Source: Ascidiella aspersa
Lineage: Eukaryota
Direction: 5' to 3'
Assembly: GCA_963924565.1 (NCBI GenBank)
Contig: OZ004611.1
Coordinates: 29,760,001-29,824,000 of the forward strand
Length of the DNA: 64,000 nucleotides
Below are positions 34,750 to 46,760 of this stretch, piece by piece. Under the pieces are notes generated by a model. The model did not search any database, was not told the DNA's origin, and saw only the letters and a program-made list of their open reading frames with translations. The position numbers and the translations under genes were made by a program. Position 1 is the first letter of the stretch; each line of letters begins with the position of its first letter.

Positions 34750-35460
34750 ACTGAAGACTGTTTGTAGAACAGTGGGCAAAACTGTTATTTTGGTGAGGTG
34801 TTATTAATTGAAGTTGGTGTTGTTTCCTGGAAAACCTCTTCTTGAACCCAGTCTTTAGCTTGCCACCACCGCAGTTTTGACACCTTCCATTTTTCTAAAT
34901 CTTGTACAAAGGCATTCTAACATAACTTTTCTGAGAGTCTGTAAGTTTATGGTCCTTCATCTTGAAAAAGAGCTTTCAACACAGCAATGCTGGGCAATAT
35001 TGATAAGACATATGATTCTGCTTTCGAAATTTCAAGTGATTACCTCAAATGAAGTAGTCTAAACCAGGTTTGCAACAAGTTTTTCATTTATAAACACACT
35101 GGGACAAAGAAAATTTCCAAATTCACTGTTCAGTAAGTGCTCTTTTTTTGTTCTAACATTCTTTTTGACATGTGTAAAATGGAATGAGTTGATAATCCAA
35201 CCTGATAAGCGTTGCTTTGCCAAAGCTGAATGGTAAAAAAGAGTAGCAATTGGCTTAAGTTTTGCTACAACATCTGTCACAACTCTTTGTGATTTCAAGC
35301 CATCATTAAAAACCAGATGCAGAGTGTGAGCGCAACAACTCAAATCTGGCTGAGAACCAAGAGCACCTGATCTTTCAATCTCCCAAAACTGAAGCATATC
35401 CAATACATTTCTGCAATGTAGTTGCCAGTATGAGAGTAGGACATTGATTTAACTGATAAA
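34750..35460 (-). mobile_element. hAT (ZBED1/4-like) transposase remnant
   Basis: HTGNYIAE, MLQFWEI, CCAHTLHLVFNDGL. Confidence 0.7.
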
Positions 35461-36759
35461 CCCACACCTACATACCTTGCTTTTTTATCAGAATAAGAAA
35501 AATTATTTTACAATTTCTCATTAGCATCACATAAACTCATCCAACTTTAAGACTTATGTGAACCCCAGCAGGTGACACAAATTAAACTAAATGGTTCACC
35601 GTGTCATGCTGAAAACCTAAAGCTAAAATAAAACACAACATCTCATCAAATATTATTTTTCAATGGCCATAGCACCACGGTTATGGTATTGTTTAAAACT
35701 TACACGACAGGTTGTCGTAGGCACTTGTTGGGCCATATTGTTCTCCCTGGCCCAATGTTAGCCAATATTATTATTAGATGTAAGTGATGATAGCGCGGTT
35801 GCATTTTTCGGTGTTCTGTATAAAGCATTCTTTCAAAAAAAAGCATAAAAAACTCGTATATCGGGTTAGTTAATGGTATTAAAATAAGCTTACTTGGTGT
35901 CGATATGGATGTCGATATATAACTAACAATGCAGACCTGAAGGATAAGTAGATTTATTTTAGTTTTTCCAAATTAGACTAGAATTACTGAATTCCTAAAA
36001 AGTCAAATTTAAACTGGAAAAGAAGGTGAATAATGGTAACTACGTGTGGGCTAATTTTTATGCTTTGTAGACTGTAAAAATTACATAGTGAGAAATTAAC
36101 TAGATTTCGGGACACAAGGACACATAAATGAGATTAGAATAAGCCGCATTTTGCTCTAATTCATTGAATTAAAAAACTACGATTATCTTGTTGTCCAAGT
36201 TGGTGATAATGTGGGTATTGGCCAAAAATGTGGCACTACAAGTAACTATTGTTGTAGTATCAGCAAGGGCTTTTATGAAAGGTCAGAACTGTTTCGGTAG
36301 TATCCATAGAGTTGAAATATTTAGGTGGGTCGGTTGTCGTTCTCGAGACATCCTTGATTTAAACATTAAAATGACGTCGCTCTAGATCAGGTGTTCTTCT
36401 TGACCTATTTTGTGTGTAACAAAAAGATGAATTTGCTTTTTAGCACGAGTTGTTCAATGTTTGGTAAAGTAGTAGATAATACACAACGAAGACCAGTGAC
36501 GTGCGGTAAAGTTCCTAGATCAGCCTTTCTTAATCTTGGGTAAATTTACCCCCTCACTTTAGGGGGTATATTAGCTATCAATCAAAATAGCCACATCAGC
36601 TGACGAGACAGAAAAATAGTGCCAGCTGTAGGTATTGGTAGCATAGTTTCCTAGAACTGCCTTTTTTGAAGCTAGCCGAATGTTTATTGTTGAACTTTTT
36701 AGTCCAATGAATAAGGTTTTAAACAACTCATTGACTGATATTATTATAATCAGTAAAAG

Positions 36760-36900
36760 TAACCAAAAATGCCCCATAAGAAGTGAAAGTACCAGAAAAA
36801 TTAGTGTGTCTACCATGAAACCGGCTCCTTTAAAAAGGCACCTAGCAAATTCTCATCCAATTATTATAATGAGCAAAAACTGGCGTCAGAACTGTTCAGT
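36760..36900 (+). mobile_element. hAT (Buster-like) BED finger remnant
   Basis: KCPI...MKPAPLKRHL...H. Confidence 0.5.
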
Positions 36901-37309
36901 CTGAGATGAAAAAAAAAAGAACAAACTGGAATGTTTTGACAACAACTCGTTGCCAAAAGCAAGGGAACCCGTCGCATTGAATATACGATATACCTGATGT
37001 ATTTTGTTACTTGCCTTTTTCTAATAGATAAGAACTATTTGAATCTGATATTCATCTTTGTTAAAGGGTAAAACATACAAAAAAGGTTAAGAACCACCCC
37101 TGGCTTAAAGATAGCGAAAGCTGTGGAACGGAAACTCCTCTAACGACTTTTGCTTGCTGTTACGGACAAAATAGCAGTGTTTTATAAGTTTTCTATGTTT
37201 TTCTGTCAAGTGTAACCATGCAAATTAATTAATTAATAAAATCGAAATCCGTTAATATGTTTTAAAATACGATAGTGTGAAATTACTAAGCTACTTATCC
37301 AAACCTAGA

Positions 37310-37690
37310 GAAAAAATTCGAATTTTCTTTCAATGTTTTTCCATATTTTCACCCATATCCTTAATCCGATCTGAGATGGCTCTTCGAGACTGACTGACTT
37401 TATGAAACATCACGAATTTTTTCCATCTGCAATGTTTCAGCTTCTTCGCTATCAGTTCAGCAACTTTATTATAACTCGTTCTGACAATATCTTCTGTTTG
37501 CAGTAGCTTGACAAAGTGCTTTGCTGCGCTGACAAACTTATTCTGCCTCGCCCTGTTTGTTCGCTGTTTCAGATTACCATGGCAGAAGTCGTCTCAAAAT
37601 TTGATTTCTTCATTGCTACTACTGATTTACCACAAACAATGCACACATAAAGAAGTAGTACACGAGTTTGTCCAATCTTTCTTTTTCAAA
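37310..37690 (-). mobile_element. hAT transposase remnant
   Basis: CIVCGKSV..K.SN, SY.KVAELIAKK, SRRAISDRIKDMGEN. Confidence 0.6.
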
Positions 37691-38159
37691 ACACTTTTGA
37701 CGAATAGCAGAACTGGTCGCATTGTGATACCTGTTCTTACGACAAAGAAGTTTTAATGTCTCTAAAAAATATTATGATCGGAATAAAAAGTTGGATGTGG
37801 TGATGATGTCATCTGGGAACGGAACTTTAAACTCACAACAAAATATGCAACACTAAACAAACCTCTTGCAAACAACGCCACACTTATCCGTCCTTAGACC
37901 TTGCAAAGGAACGTTACATTCGGGACAATCCATATGAGTGGCAAGCAATCCAGTACATCAATTAAAAATTGAACGTGGTTTTAAGCGTGCCATCTGATGA
38001 CCAAAAAGATAAATGATTACACAGTCAGTAACATGTTGTTATTGTGACGTACCGAAACGCTATATATTATTTCATCGTTCATATTTACTTTAAAGTGGCA
38101 AAAATAGGGTATATAGGCCTAGGGTCGTACTTTTTATGTTATGTTTACTGTTGCATTAA

Positions 38160-38950
38160 AAAGAAGGACAGGGGGCAGTTACTCTGTCTAGTTTGCCAAA
38201 AAACAGTTTCCATCAAGCGCCATTATGAAGCTTAAGAACAAACAGGAGAACCAAGTGGTTGTAAGCGGTGGAAAAACAAGCCTTGCAGCTTTCATATGAA
38301 GAGTTGCACTCCTCGCAAAAGAAAGGAGGAACTCATTTCGAGAAGGAGAATTAGTTAAGGAATGTGCGATCAAAATGGCAGAGGTGTTTGGCGGCGAAAA
38401 AGTAACAGGAAAGTTTAAGACCGTGTCTTTGTCGCATTGAACAGTGGCAAGGAGAGTGTCCATTTTGAGTCGGCACGTTACTTCTAAGTTGAAACACCTT
38501 AATGACAAATGCAAATACTTTTCAATTGCTTTAGATGAGAGTACGGATGTGAGTGATATTAGTCAATTACTAATATTTGCTCGAATATTAGACGAGAATT
38601 TTGTTGTTCACGAATAATTGCTTCAAATTCTTCCAATAAATGGTGGGACTAAAGGTTCTGACATATATGCAGAGCTCTTGACTCTCTGTTGTTTCCGAGT
38701 ATGGGGATTTTAAAACATGCTCTTGTATTGCAACAGTTGAGGCAAAGGCCATGATGGGAAACAAAACTGGTCTTGTCGGATTGCATAATTCACCAACTAG
38801 CACTTTGCGGGAAAGCATTGAAAATAGTTACAGCTCAACGGCATCGAATATTCGTGTCAAAGTGTTAAAACATTTCTTTGGATTGCGCCAAGAAATTCTT
38901 CCTTTTTTAAGGAAAACAATGTGGAAAACACCGATGCCTAGGTTTCCGCT
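38160..38950 (+). mobile_element. hAT (SPIN/GTF2IRD2-like) transposase remnant
   Basis: CLVCQ..IKRHYE, EGELVKEC, SLS..TVARR, FSIALDESTDVSDISQLLIFAR. Confidence 0.85.
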
Positions 38951-39116
38951 CGAAGAACTGTTTGGAAAGAAACGACATGGCTATTGCGATACCTAGCGCC
39001 TCTTCATTGTTTGCCTCCAACGCTGCTTGCTTTTCATTACTAAACGGACTTCAAAATTATATATAACTATAGGCTCGGGTCTATCCGCGTTGCTTTACCA
39101 ATTTTTAATTAGATAT

Positions 39117-40298
39117 TAAAGCGGTTGGTGCTTTATTGTGTAGCTGCGACATGGTTAAGTTAAGGAAAAGAGGTAGCAAAAGCACAAACACGCGTTTATA
39201 AATGTACAATTGCGAAATAGGAAAAAAGGCGATCTGCACGCTTCGATGAACGTGGATGCACATCGGTAGGTTCGCTACAGAACCCCGAAGAGGGCACGTG
39301 TGAAGTTGCGTAGGTTGCAGGGAAGTTCGTAGGGTTCGTTGCGATTATATGCATGTGGGCGAGTTCAATTCGCTCTCAAGTACGCCACGTCGGTGACGTA
39401 GTGAATATTGCGGGGACGGCGAAAATAGTTGGCGAGCTTGGATAAGCGGTCTTGGGAACGGATCCTTTGAAGGGTTTCTGCGACGTTCGAGACGAGCGAG
39501 GAAGAGCTAGTACCAAACGCAGGTAGGCTAGCTTCCATAAGCGGTCTTAAGAACGGGACCCTGTGGATTGGTGCGACGTTCAAGACGAGCGTGAAAGCAG
39601 CAGCTTTCTTCAGCGGCCTTGCCAATCGAATATCCTCCGGCATGTGTTGTAGCCACCAGGGACGAGTGTGCCAACGAGAAACCGTCTCGAGCAGAGCGGG
39701 CATCTACTCTGGTGAAACAGGTGTTTCTGTTCGCCCGAGAAAACGTGTTTATAAACAAAAAAGTCGCGATTCAAGTTCCTACCGGGAACGGGTAGAAAAT
39801 GGAAGAAATGAACGCTGCCTCTTGATTGTCCAGTTAGTGAAGTTGAATAGTTGCGTTCCTGCCGGGAAAGAATAAACAACTAAAGCGAAGAGCATTGCGT
39901 CTTGGTTGTCCCTAAGTGAAAGCATGCTGATTAGCTGCTGCGTTGCGCGTTCCTATCGGGAAAGCGCAGATGCCGAAAGCAAGCGCTCTTCGATTGCGTT
40001 GTGTCGAGCCAAGTAGCCAAAATCCTAGCCGTGTTTCCCAGAACGTGGAAAGCTTTGTAGAACAGGCGATAGTCATTCAACTAACTTTGCTTAGACTCCA
40101 GTTGTTCAATTTCTTCTTTTGACCTTCAAAAAACGTTTTGAAGACTCGGGGTCACAAGTAAAGCGGTTGGTGCTTTATTTAAGGAAAAGAGGTAGCAAAA
40201 GCACAAACACGCGTTTATAAATGTACAATTGCGAAATAGGAAAAAAGGCGATCTGCACGCTTCGATGAACGTGGATGCACATCGGTAGGTTCGCTACA
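39117..40298 (-). mobile_element. Small non-autonomous LTR element (TRIM-like)
   Basis: LTRs 39117-39279 and 40159-40298 are identical apart from a 23-bp indel. tRNA-Trp-like PBS TTGTGACCCCGA; 4-bp TSD ATAT. Confidence 0.8.
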
Positions 40299-40329
40299 AT
40301 ATAGTTTAAAATAATACTTAATTAGAAGT

Positions 40330-41560
40330 AGTTACTGTGTCAGTTGGTGAGCGTTGGCCCGTTCCATTTAATTTTAGACGCTTCTGTTATAATGGCTTTC
40401 ATCACCTGTTTAGTAGGCCAGCTTCTTGAGTTTGGCCGACCAACGTAGCCGTTTTGTAAGCTCTATTCGCCAGCAGCTCTGGAAAACTGTAATCGCCGGC
40501 GAAGAGGCCTCTTTAATACACTTTGGCTTGGTTTGCCCCCACCTCTTTCGCAATGGCCGTTAATTAACCTGATTTGCACGTCGTTCACATCTTCATTCAA
40601 AAAATACTGTATGTTTTAAGGAAGCACCTCCGCCGTCTTGTACATTTCCATTGGTTGTAAACGCAAACCTTCTTGCACGCTCTCGCTCGCCTTGTTTGAC
40701 TTTGTTTAAGCCGTACATTTTTTTAATCCTTTTGATTTTTTGGACAGTTACATAATCCATAACAACTATTAAGGCGTGGATAAGCTGATTGCTTGTTTTT
40801 AACTCGTCAAACTGGATAATTCTAAACTCTGAAACCAGCAGTTCCAAAAAACAAGTCTAACTCGCAAAGCTATTGCTGTCAGGCATAATATCAAGTTTGT
40901 AGAGCTCTTCTGGCAAATGTAATTTTTATTCCGATGTTTCGACGTCCTATACAGGTCGTCTTCATCAGGGTAAATAACACTGAATGCGACTAGTACAGTG
41001 CACGATAAACAAAGGAAAAAATAATGAAACGCAAGCACGTTACAACCCAACGAAAACACCGCGCGATAAGGAATGATTGGCATTACCTCTTCATTGGACA
41101 GGAGCGGCGAATGTGCTATCTCTTGAACAAACTTGGACGAGTTCGAAACAAGACCAGTTAGAGCGGCTTTTAGACCACACCAACGTAGGAGTTAATACAC
41201 GTTACAATCGTGCGATGATTGATTGTAAGTTCCATGTGCGACAGACGAAGAAGACCTGCAGTGGGAAGACAGAAGATGCATAACTGGGTCATGAACCTGT
41301 CTGATTACCGACGGTTGATGAAACCAAAGTTTTGCAACTTGGTCTTAATTTTGCCACTGCACCACGGGAGGTGCCGAAAGAAAAAAATATTGCTGCAGTC
41401 GAGAAAGGAATTTGGCAGTAACCCGCGCACATTAAATCAATCATTCAAGGAAAACTTGCAAACTGCCTTCGCACTTACCGAATGGGTCAAAGCAACCTCA
41501 GTAACACCGAGCACCAAGCGATCCGAAGTTTGAGGTCGAATGAAGACATCTCCAGCGGCG
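40330..41560. mobile_element. Penelope-like element remnant, with inverted pieces
   Basis: Plus strand WVMNLS, ETKVLQLGLNFATAP, SNLSNTEHQAIRSLRSNEDI; minus strand HTVFL..RC N-terminal motif and hammerhead. Confidence 0.75.
40931..40970 (-). ncRNA. Minimal hammerhead ribozyme motif (Penelope-type)
   Basis: CC-CTGATGA-AGACG..CGTC-GAAAC-ATC-GG followed by AATAAA. Confidence 0.65.
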
Positions 41561-41827
41561 CAAGTCTTATCATCAAGGCTCCAGCGTTATCAATGAACAA
41601 TGGTATATATCCATTGGTTAACCAAGACTTATTCCATTCTCTTTGAGAAACACTGTTGTATTCATCAAATTCTTGTCAGTTATTACTTGCTTGAGCATTT
41701 TAATTTCTAATACTTGAAATAATACGATGAACTCGTCACAATTTACCAAGGTAAGTGCTAAATAATGTTTGTTTGTATTAGGATCTTTGTGCGTGTAAAC
41801 AGTAAATTTAATTATTCACTATTTAGG

Positions 41828-42240
41828 TTGGAGTGCCAAAGCCTTGTCGGTCCCGACGATCTGCCGAAAGATACCCTACTGGCGTTTCTAAGAAGCAAGT
41901 CAGGTGGTTCATTCCTACAGCCCGTAAACCTGGTTTTGTGCTGTTCGTGTCGGACAGCAATGGAAGAGATCTGGTTTGTCCGTCAGTGGTCAAACTTTCC
42001 TCTGGACTTTGCGACCGTTAGCATTCCTGGTGGAACCATCTCGCATAGGAGGATTGAGGAGCTCCAAGACCATCACCCCCTTCTCTGTGTTGACGTGGTC
42101 GTTCTGGCTCTGGGAACCAACGACGTTTTGAAGAGCAGTAATCTAATGAAGAAGTACCCCGAGCGACTGACCAAAACCATTTACCTCCAGATCGCAAAAC
42201 TAATTGAAACGACCAAAGAATTGTATTCGAGTGCCAAGAT
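41828..42240 (+). pseudogene. SGNH/GDSL hydrolase-like domain, frameshifted
   Basis: VLFVSDSNGR (block I), SIPGG (II), VVVLALGTND (III). Confidence 0.6.
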
Positions 42241-42309
42241 GAATCCTCTATTACTGGCAGTAATATGTTGGAAACCAACAATTCAAAACCGTTTTATGTT
42301 TATGAAATT

Positions 42310-43089
42310 GTAGTTCGTCATCCGTGTAAGGGAAGAGCGCCATTAGCAGTTGGTACTTATATTACCAATTCCCACAACTCTTAATCGATTAAAAATTTTA
42401 TTGCTTCTTTTAAAAGCGACGAAAATCTAATTTGCGGAAAATCGCGCGCTCGCCTTTCAATATGCGATGGAAGTGTCGCATTAATTCAGTCCGTGTTGGC
42501 TGAAATTTTTCAAGAGAGCTTGGAAACGTATTTAGCTCGATGTTTACAAGTAGTGACAGGTAAAGCGAACGAAATTACTTTGTTAAAACCTTTTTTATAT
42601 TTATGCGGAAGTCATACTATGAAAAATATGAAAACGTTTGCAGGTATGGTAAGCAAGCGCAGGCGTGAAGTAATGTATATTATGGGTTTAATTACTTGCG
42701 CTGGTACCATAGAAGAAATAACCGAAATTATTAACCACATGGCTATTTTATTCTTGACGAGAAATGCAATTAACGCGGAAAGCAGTTGGCGATTTTTACG
42801 GCAAAAAATTGGACGTCAAATCACTTTTGATGAAACTGTATCGGATGTCGATATGGAAGATATGCAAAAAGACGAAAACCTAATTATTGATTTTGAACTA
42901 AATCCTTTTTTAGATATTTGTACGAACGTCATTAAAAATGCAAAAACAAATATTCTGTCAAGTGGTGAAATGACCAACGATTTTTCCTGTCCAGTGTTGC
43001 TAGAAAAGTTTGTTAAATATACGCTACCAAATATTGCGCTATGGTCAGGTATAATGATTGGCGATCTTGGAATGGCCTTCACGAGTTGA
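42310..43089 (+). mobile_element. Mutator/FB-NOF-like DDE transposase fragment
   Basis: ICDGSVALIQSV, YLARC, LCGSHTMK (CxxH), ALWS. Confidence 0.6.
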
Positions 43090-45880
43090 GTCGTTCTCTA
43101 GGAAACTAGAGGTAATAATCATCGATCTGATTCCGGCAAGAGTCGTAAGTACCTTTTGGTAAACGAAGGGAAACAAACAGACCCTATGAATTTTAGATCT
43201 CTAACGTGAATATTAGATGCTATTTGGGGCATTTGAAATCGAAAGGCCATATGTCGAACTTGAGCTGTTATGAAATTTTTGATCGCATATTAAAGCAAGG
43301 CCCGATTGATATTGACTACAAGCGATGTCTCATTTTGAAGAGTATGTCTTGTAGTTTATTTCGTGAAAAAATTAGCGAGAAAGTTTGAAAATTATGTGTT
43401 AATTTAGCTGTGAATATATTAATATTCATAGAAATAAATATTAACATTTTTTCGCTGAAAGTGTGATTGCTGGAAAGATGTAAGCAATATAAGGATTGTG
43501 TAGAAATTTCAACTTTGTATCGTCACAACTTTTGGAGATATTGCCCAAAACCAATCCAGCACGCCAACTTCGCCCAGGTCTCGGTTGGCTGGTTACCAGC
43601 GTCACGGTTCATTGCTTCTTTACCGCCATAAATAAAAACATGTTGCAACGAAATGGGATGGTTTCCACCACTAGGGGTCGCGCGGACCGACTCAGATGAA
43701 GTCGCATTTTTTTACAATGGCGATAGGTCTGAGACTGGCACTATTTGGTCGATAATTCAGTTATTAGGGCCGTTTGCGACATTTTGACCGGTTTAACTGG
43801 TAAGTTTATCCCTGTAGTCACTATCAGACCATTTTTTTTCAATTTTTATCGCAAAGAAGTATGTGAACATTGCTTTTTCCAGTCATCAAACTATCCTGGC
43901 AATAAATTGTTGTAATTTACGCCTTTCCCACTCCCCGAATCAAAGACTGAATTGTTATTTAAGTTAGTTTACGATTTTAGCTTGTTATCACACTCAGAAA
44001 ATCTTTCACGAGAAATTTGTTTGGCAAGGTGGCTGTGGTATGTTTAGGGGTAAGCTTCTAGTTATTGGTCCAGAAAGTGCATTAAACTAGCATGCATTTA
44101 CCAAGTAAAGGGTTTACCATAATGAAGTTAGATATATTGGTCAATTTTTACTAATAATGTTGTTTATAATTTTCTGAAGTTAGTGAGAATTTTGTGTAAA
44201 CTTCTAGAAAATACTTGTTTGGTAATATTAAACCTGCTATGCATTCTCTTCCTGGGTTAACAATTTATGGAACTAAAGAAACTGGTACTGGAATACAATT
44301 TAAGCAGATGCTGCTTTCCAAGTGATCTAACAGGTAAAAGTTTATTTTCTACCTCTAGTTCTCCCTGATTATATTAGTTTGTTATATGCAGTTTTTTTAA
44401 GTTATGGGATTCTTTAACGGTGTTTGATTTAGTTGAAATAAATAATAATCTATAATTCAAAAAATACACTTGTTTAGTTGCTATACTGTTTTATTTGTAG
44501 CAAATAATCATTATCTTATAAAAATTATTTATACCGTTTTTATAGGTTTGGAATCAAAACAGACAAATCTGGAAATATAATTTCTACAAGGGAAGATTCA
44601 AACAAGCCTGCATTAAAAAACTCTTTTAATCAGTTCTTGGTGCCATATACTACGGTTCACACCTAACAAAAAGTCAACAGTTTTGCTTGTTTTATTAAAC
44701 TTCATAATATGCATTTATTTTTTGTATGATACGAAGTGAAACAAAATTATACAGTTGTTTTAAACGCTGCGAATTAAATTGATGCTTTGCAAACCTGAAG
44801 TACACAAAAAAACACAAGTAAAAAACATTCTACTAAATTTCATATTAAAATCAGTACAATATTATTCTAGTGATTTGACTACTATTTGAAGAATGATAAG
44901 ATTCATTGTAGTTGTGACTTGTTTGTAACATTGGAAACTTACAAACTTCTTTCATTGTCCTGGCGTTGTTCGACAAATATACGGTTTCTTTGTCAAGATG
45001 TAAGATTTCAGTTCTGTAGCTAAAATATTCTTCGGAATTCAGCAAGTGCCTGATTTTTCAGCCAAATGCACAAGCTTGCATGATAGTGTCTGCTCTAGGG
45101 CTCCAGGCTATATTTATTCAACTTTTGTGAAACCACATGGAGTCACTTGTAAGAAAGGTTATAATAAGATAACATTTACAAAATTACACCCATTTCAAAA
45201 CAGTACAAATAGTTAGTTGTTTTAAAAGGATGTGGATCACTCGAATATTTTCCTAAGATGTGAGGTATCTTGTATGAAAAGGTGTTAAATTAATGTTGAG
45301 TACAAAAGAAATATCTGGTGAAAAATTTAAGTTAATTCACAAGCAATACAATGTCCTTTAGAATACTATACAGAAGATATATTTTCGAATTAAAAATGAC
45401 TGTTAAAAAGTGTGAATGAACTTGCAAAATGCAAAGTTATAGGTTAAAAAACAGCAGTACCACAAAAAACTACAATATTCCCTCATAAAAATGCTTATTT
45501 CAGCTTTGTTCCCAACTAGCTGGCCTTAAATATTCTAATTACATTTTATTTATAATTTAAAGTTGACGCAAATGCTTCCTGGTTTTAACCGAAACCCTAT
45601 TTTAAGTACAAAATTAAAGTTGTAACAGTACATGTTTAACAACTTCTCGCTACCCACATTTGACGAAATTGCGAATAAAAACTGATTATAGGTATTAATT
45701 AAAGTTAACTTTAAACGAATAATTAGCTTCATAATAGATTCTACAAAAACAAAGCGCGAAAACACGTAATTGAAAACCACGGATTACCATTGTAAAAGAT
45801 AGGCGCTCGCAACTGTTCATCTGACTCACGCAACGCCTCTAGTGGTGGAAACCATCCCATTAAAGAATTAAAATTTAATT

Positions 45881-46066
45881 GGCGCTGGTCTAGAATCCTA
45901 ACCATCCTACCACATTAATAAATCAACTCACAATATTTGGGTTAGGGAGGGAGTTAGCGTTTGGGTGTGGGTTGGCCAAGTATTATTATATTCATTATTT
46001 AAGAATAATACTGGACCGACCCTAACCCAAAAAATGTGCGTTTTGATAGGATTCTAGACCAGCGCT
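45881..46066. mobile_element. MITE with GGCGCTGGTCTAGAATCCTA TIRs
   Basis: Inverted termini; related short copy at 27354-27443. Confidence 0.75.
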
Positions 46067-46760
46067 AAAAATAGTTTTGAATTAAATTTAATGACATTTT
46101 AAGTGTATTAAATCTTCGACTTGATCAAGGTTATTATAAACGATATAAGCGAGTCACCAGAATTAACCACTCAAGTAGGCCTAGTTTATTGCATTAAATT
46201 TAGCACAAGCTTTGTTTTGGGTTTATACGGTTTTGTATCCCTGATTTGGACCAATGTATTGAAAAATATTTGCTGCATTTGCTAACTTGTGATTTGCAAT
46301 AATTATCCCATTTCAATGATCTTAGTCTTTGTTAATTTTCACAATTATTTTTATATTGTATTCCAACTATTTACACAACTTCAGACAACAATATGTTGTT
46401 TAAATTATATAAAAATATTCTGTTTAAAATTTGTCAAAATTTTAATTTTTCCAGTTCAAATTTTTTATTTTTGGGTGAAAAAATAACCGCCCTACTCATA
46501 ACAAAACTACAAAGAGAAATTTGACTTTCAAAATGTCCGTATATTTGTTAGTGTTTCGTTTCTACACAGCTAATGAGTGCCTGACAATTCCTTTGTTTTG
46601 CTGAAAAAAAAAGCCCGCAGTTTTTGTCGTATAATGTCTGTGGATTTTTTTAACGTTTTGATATTTAATAATTAGTAAATACTACAATATGTTTTCATAT
46701 TGCAGCCAATACTAGTCGTATAATTACCAAGCTGTCCTGTTAAGTTTTCCACACTTCAAC

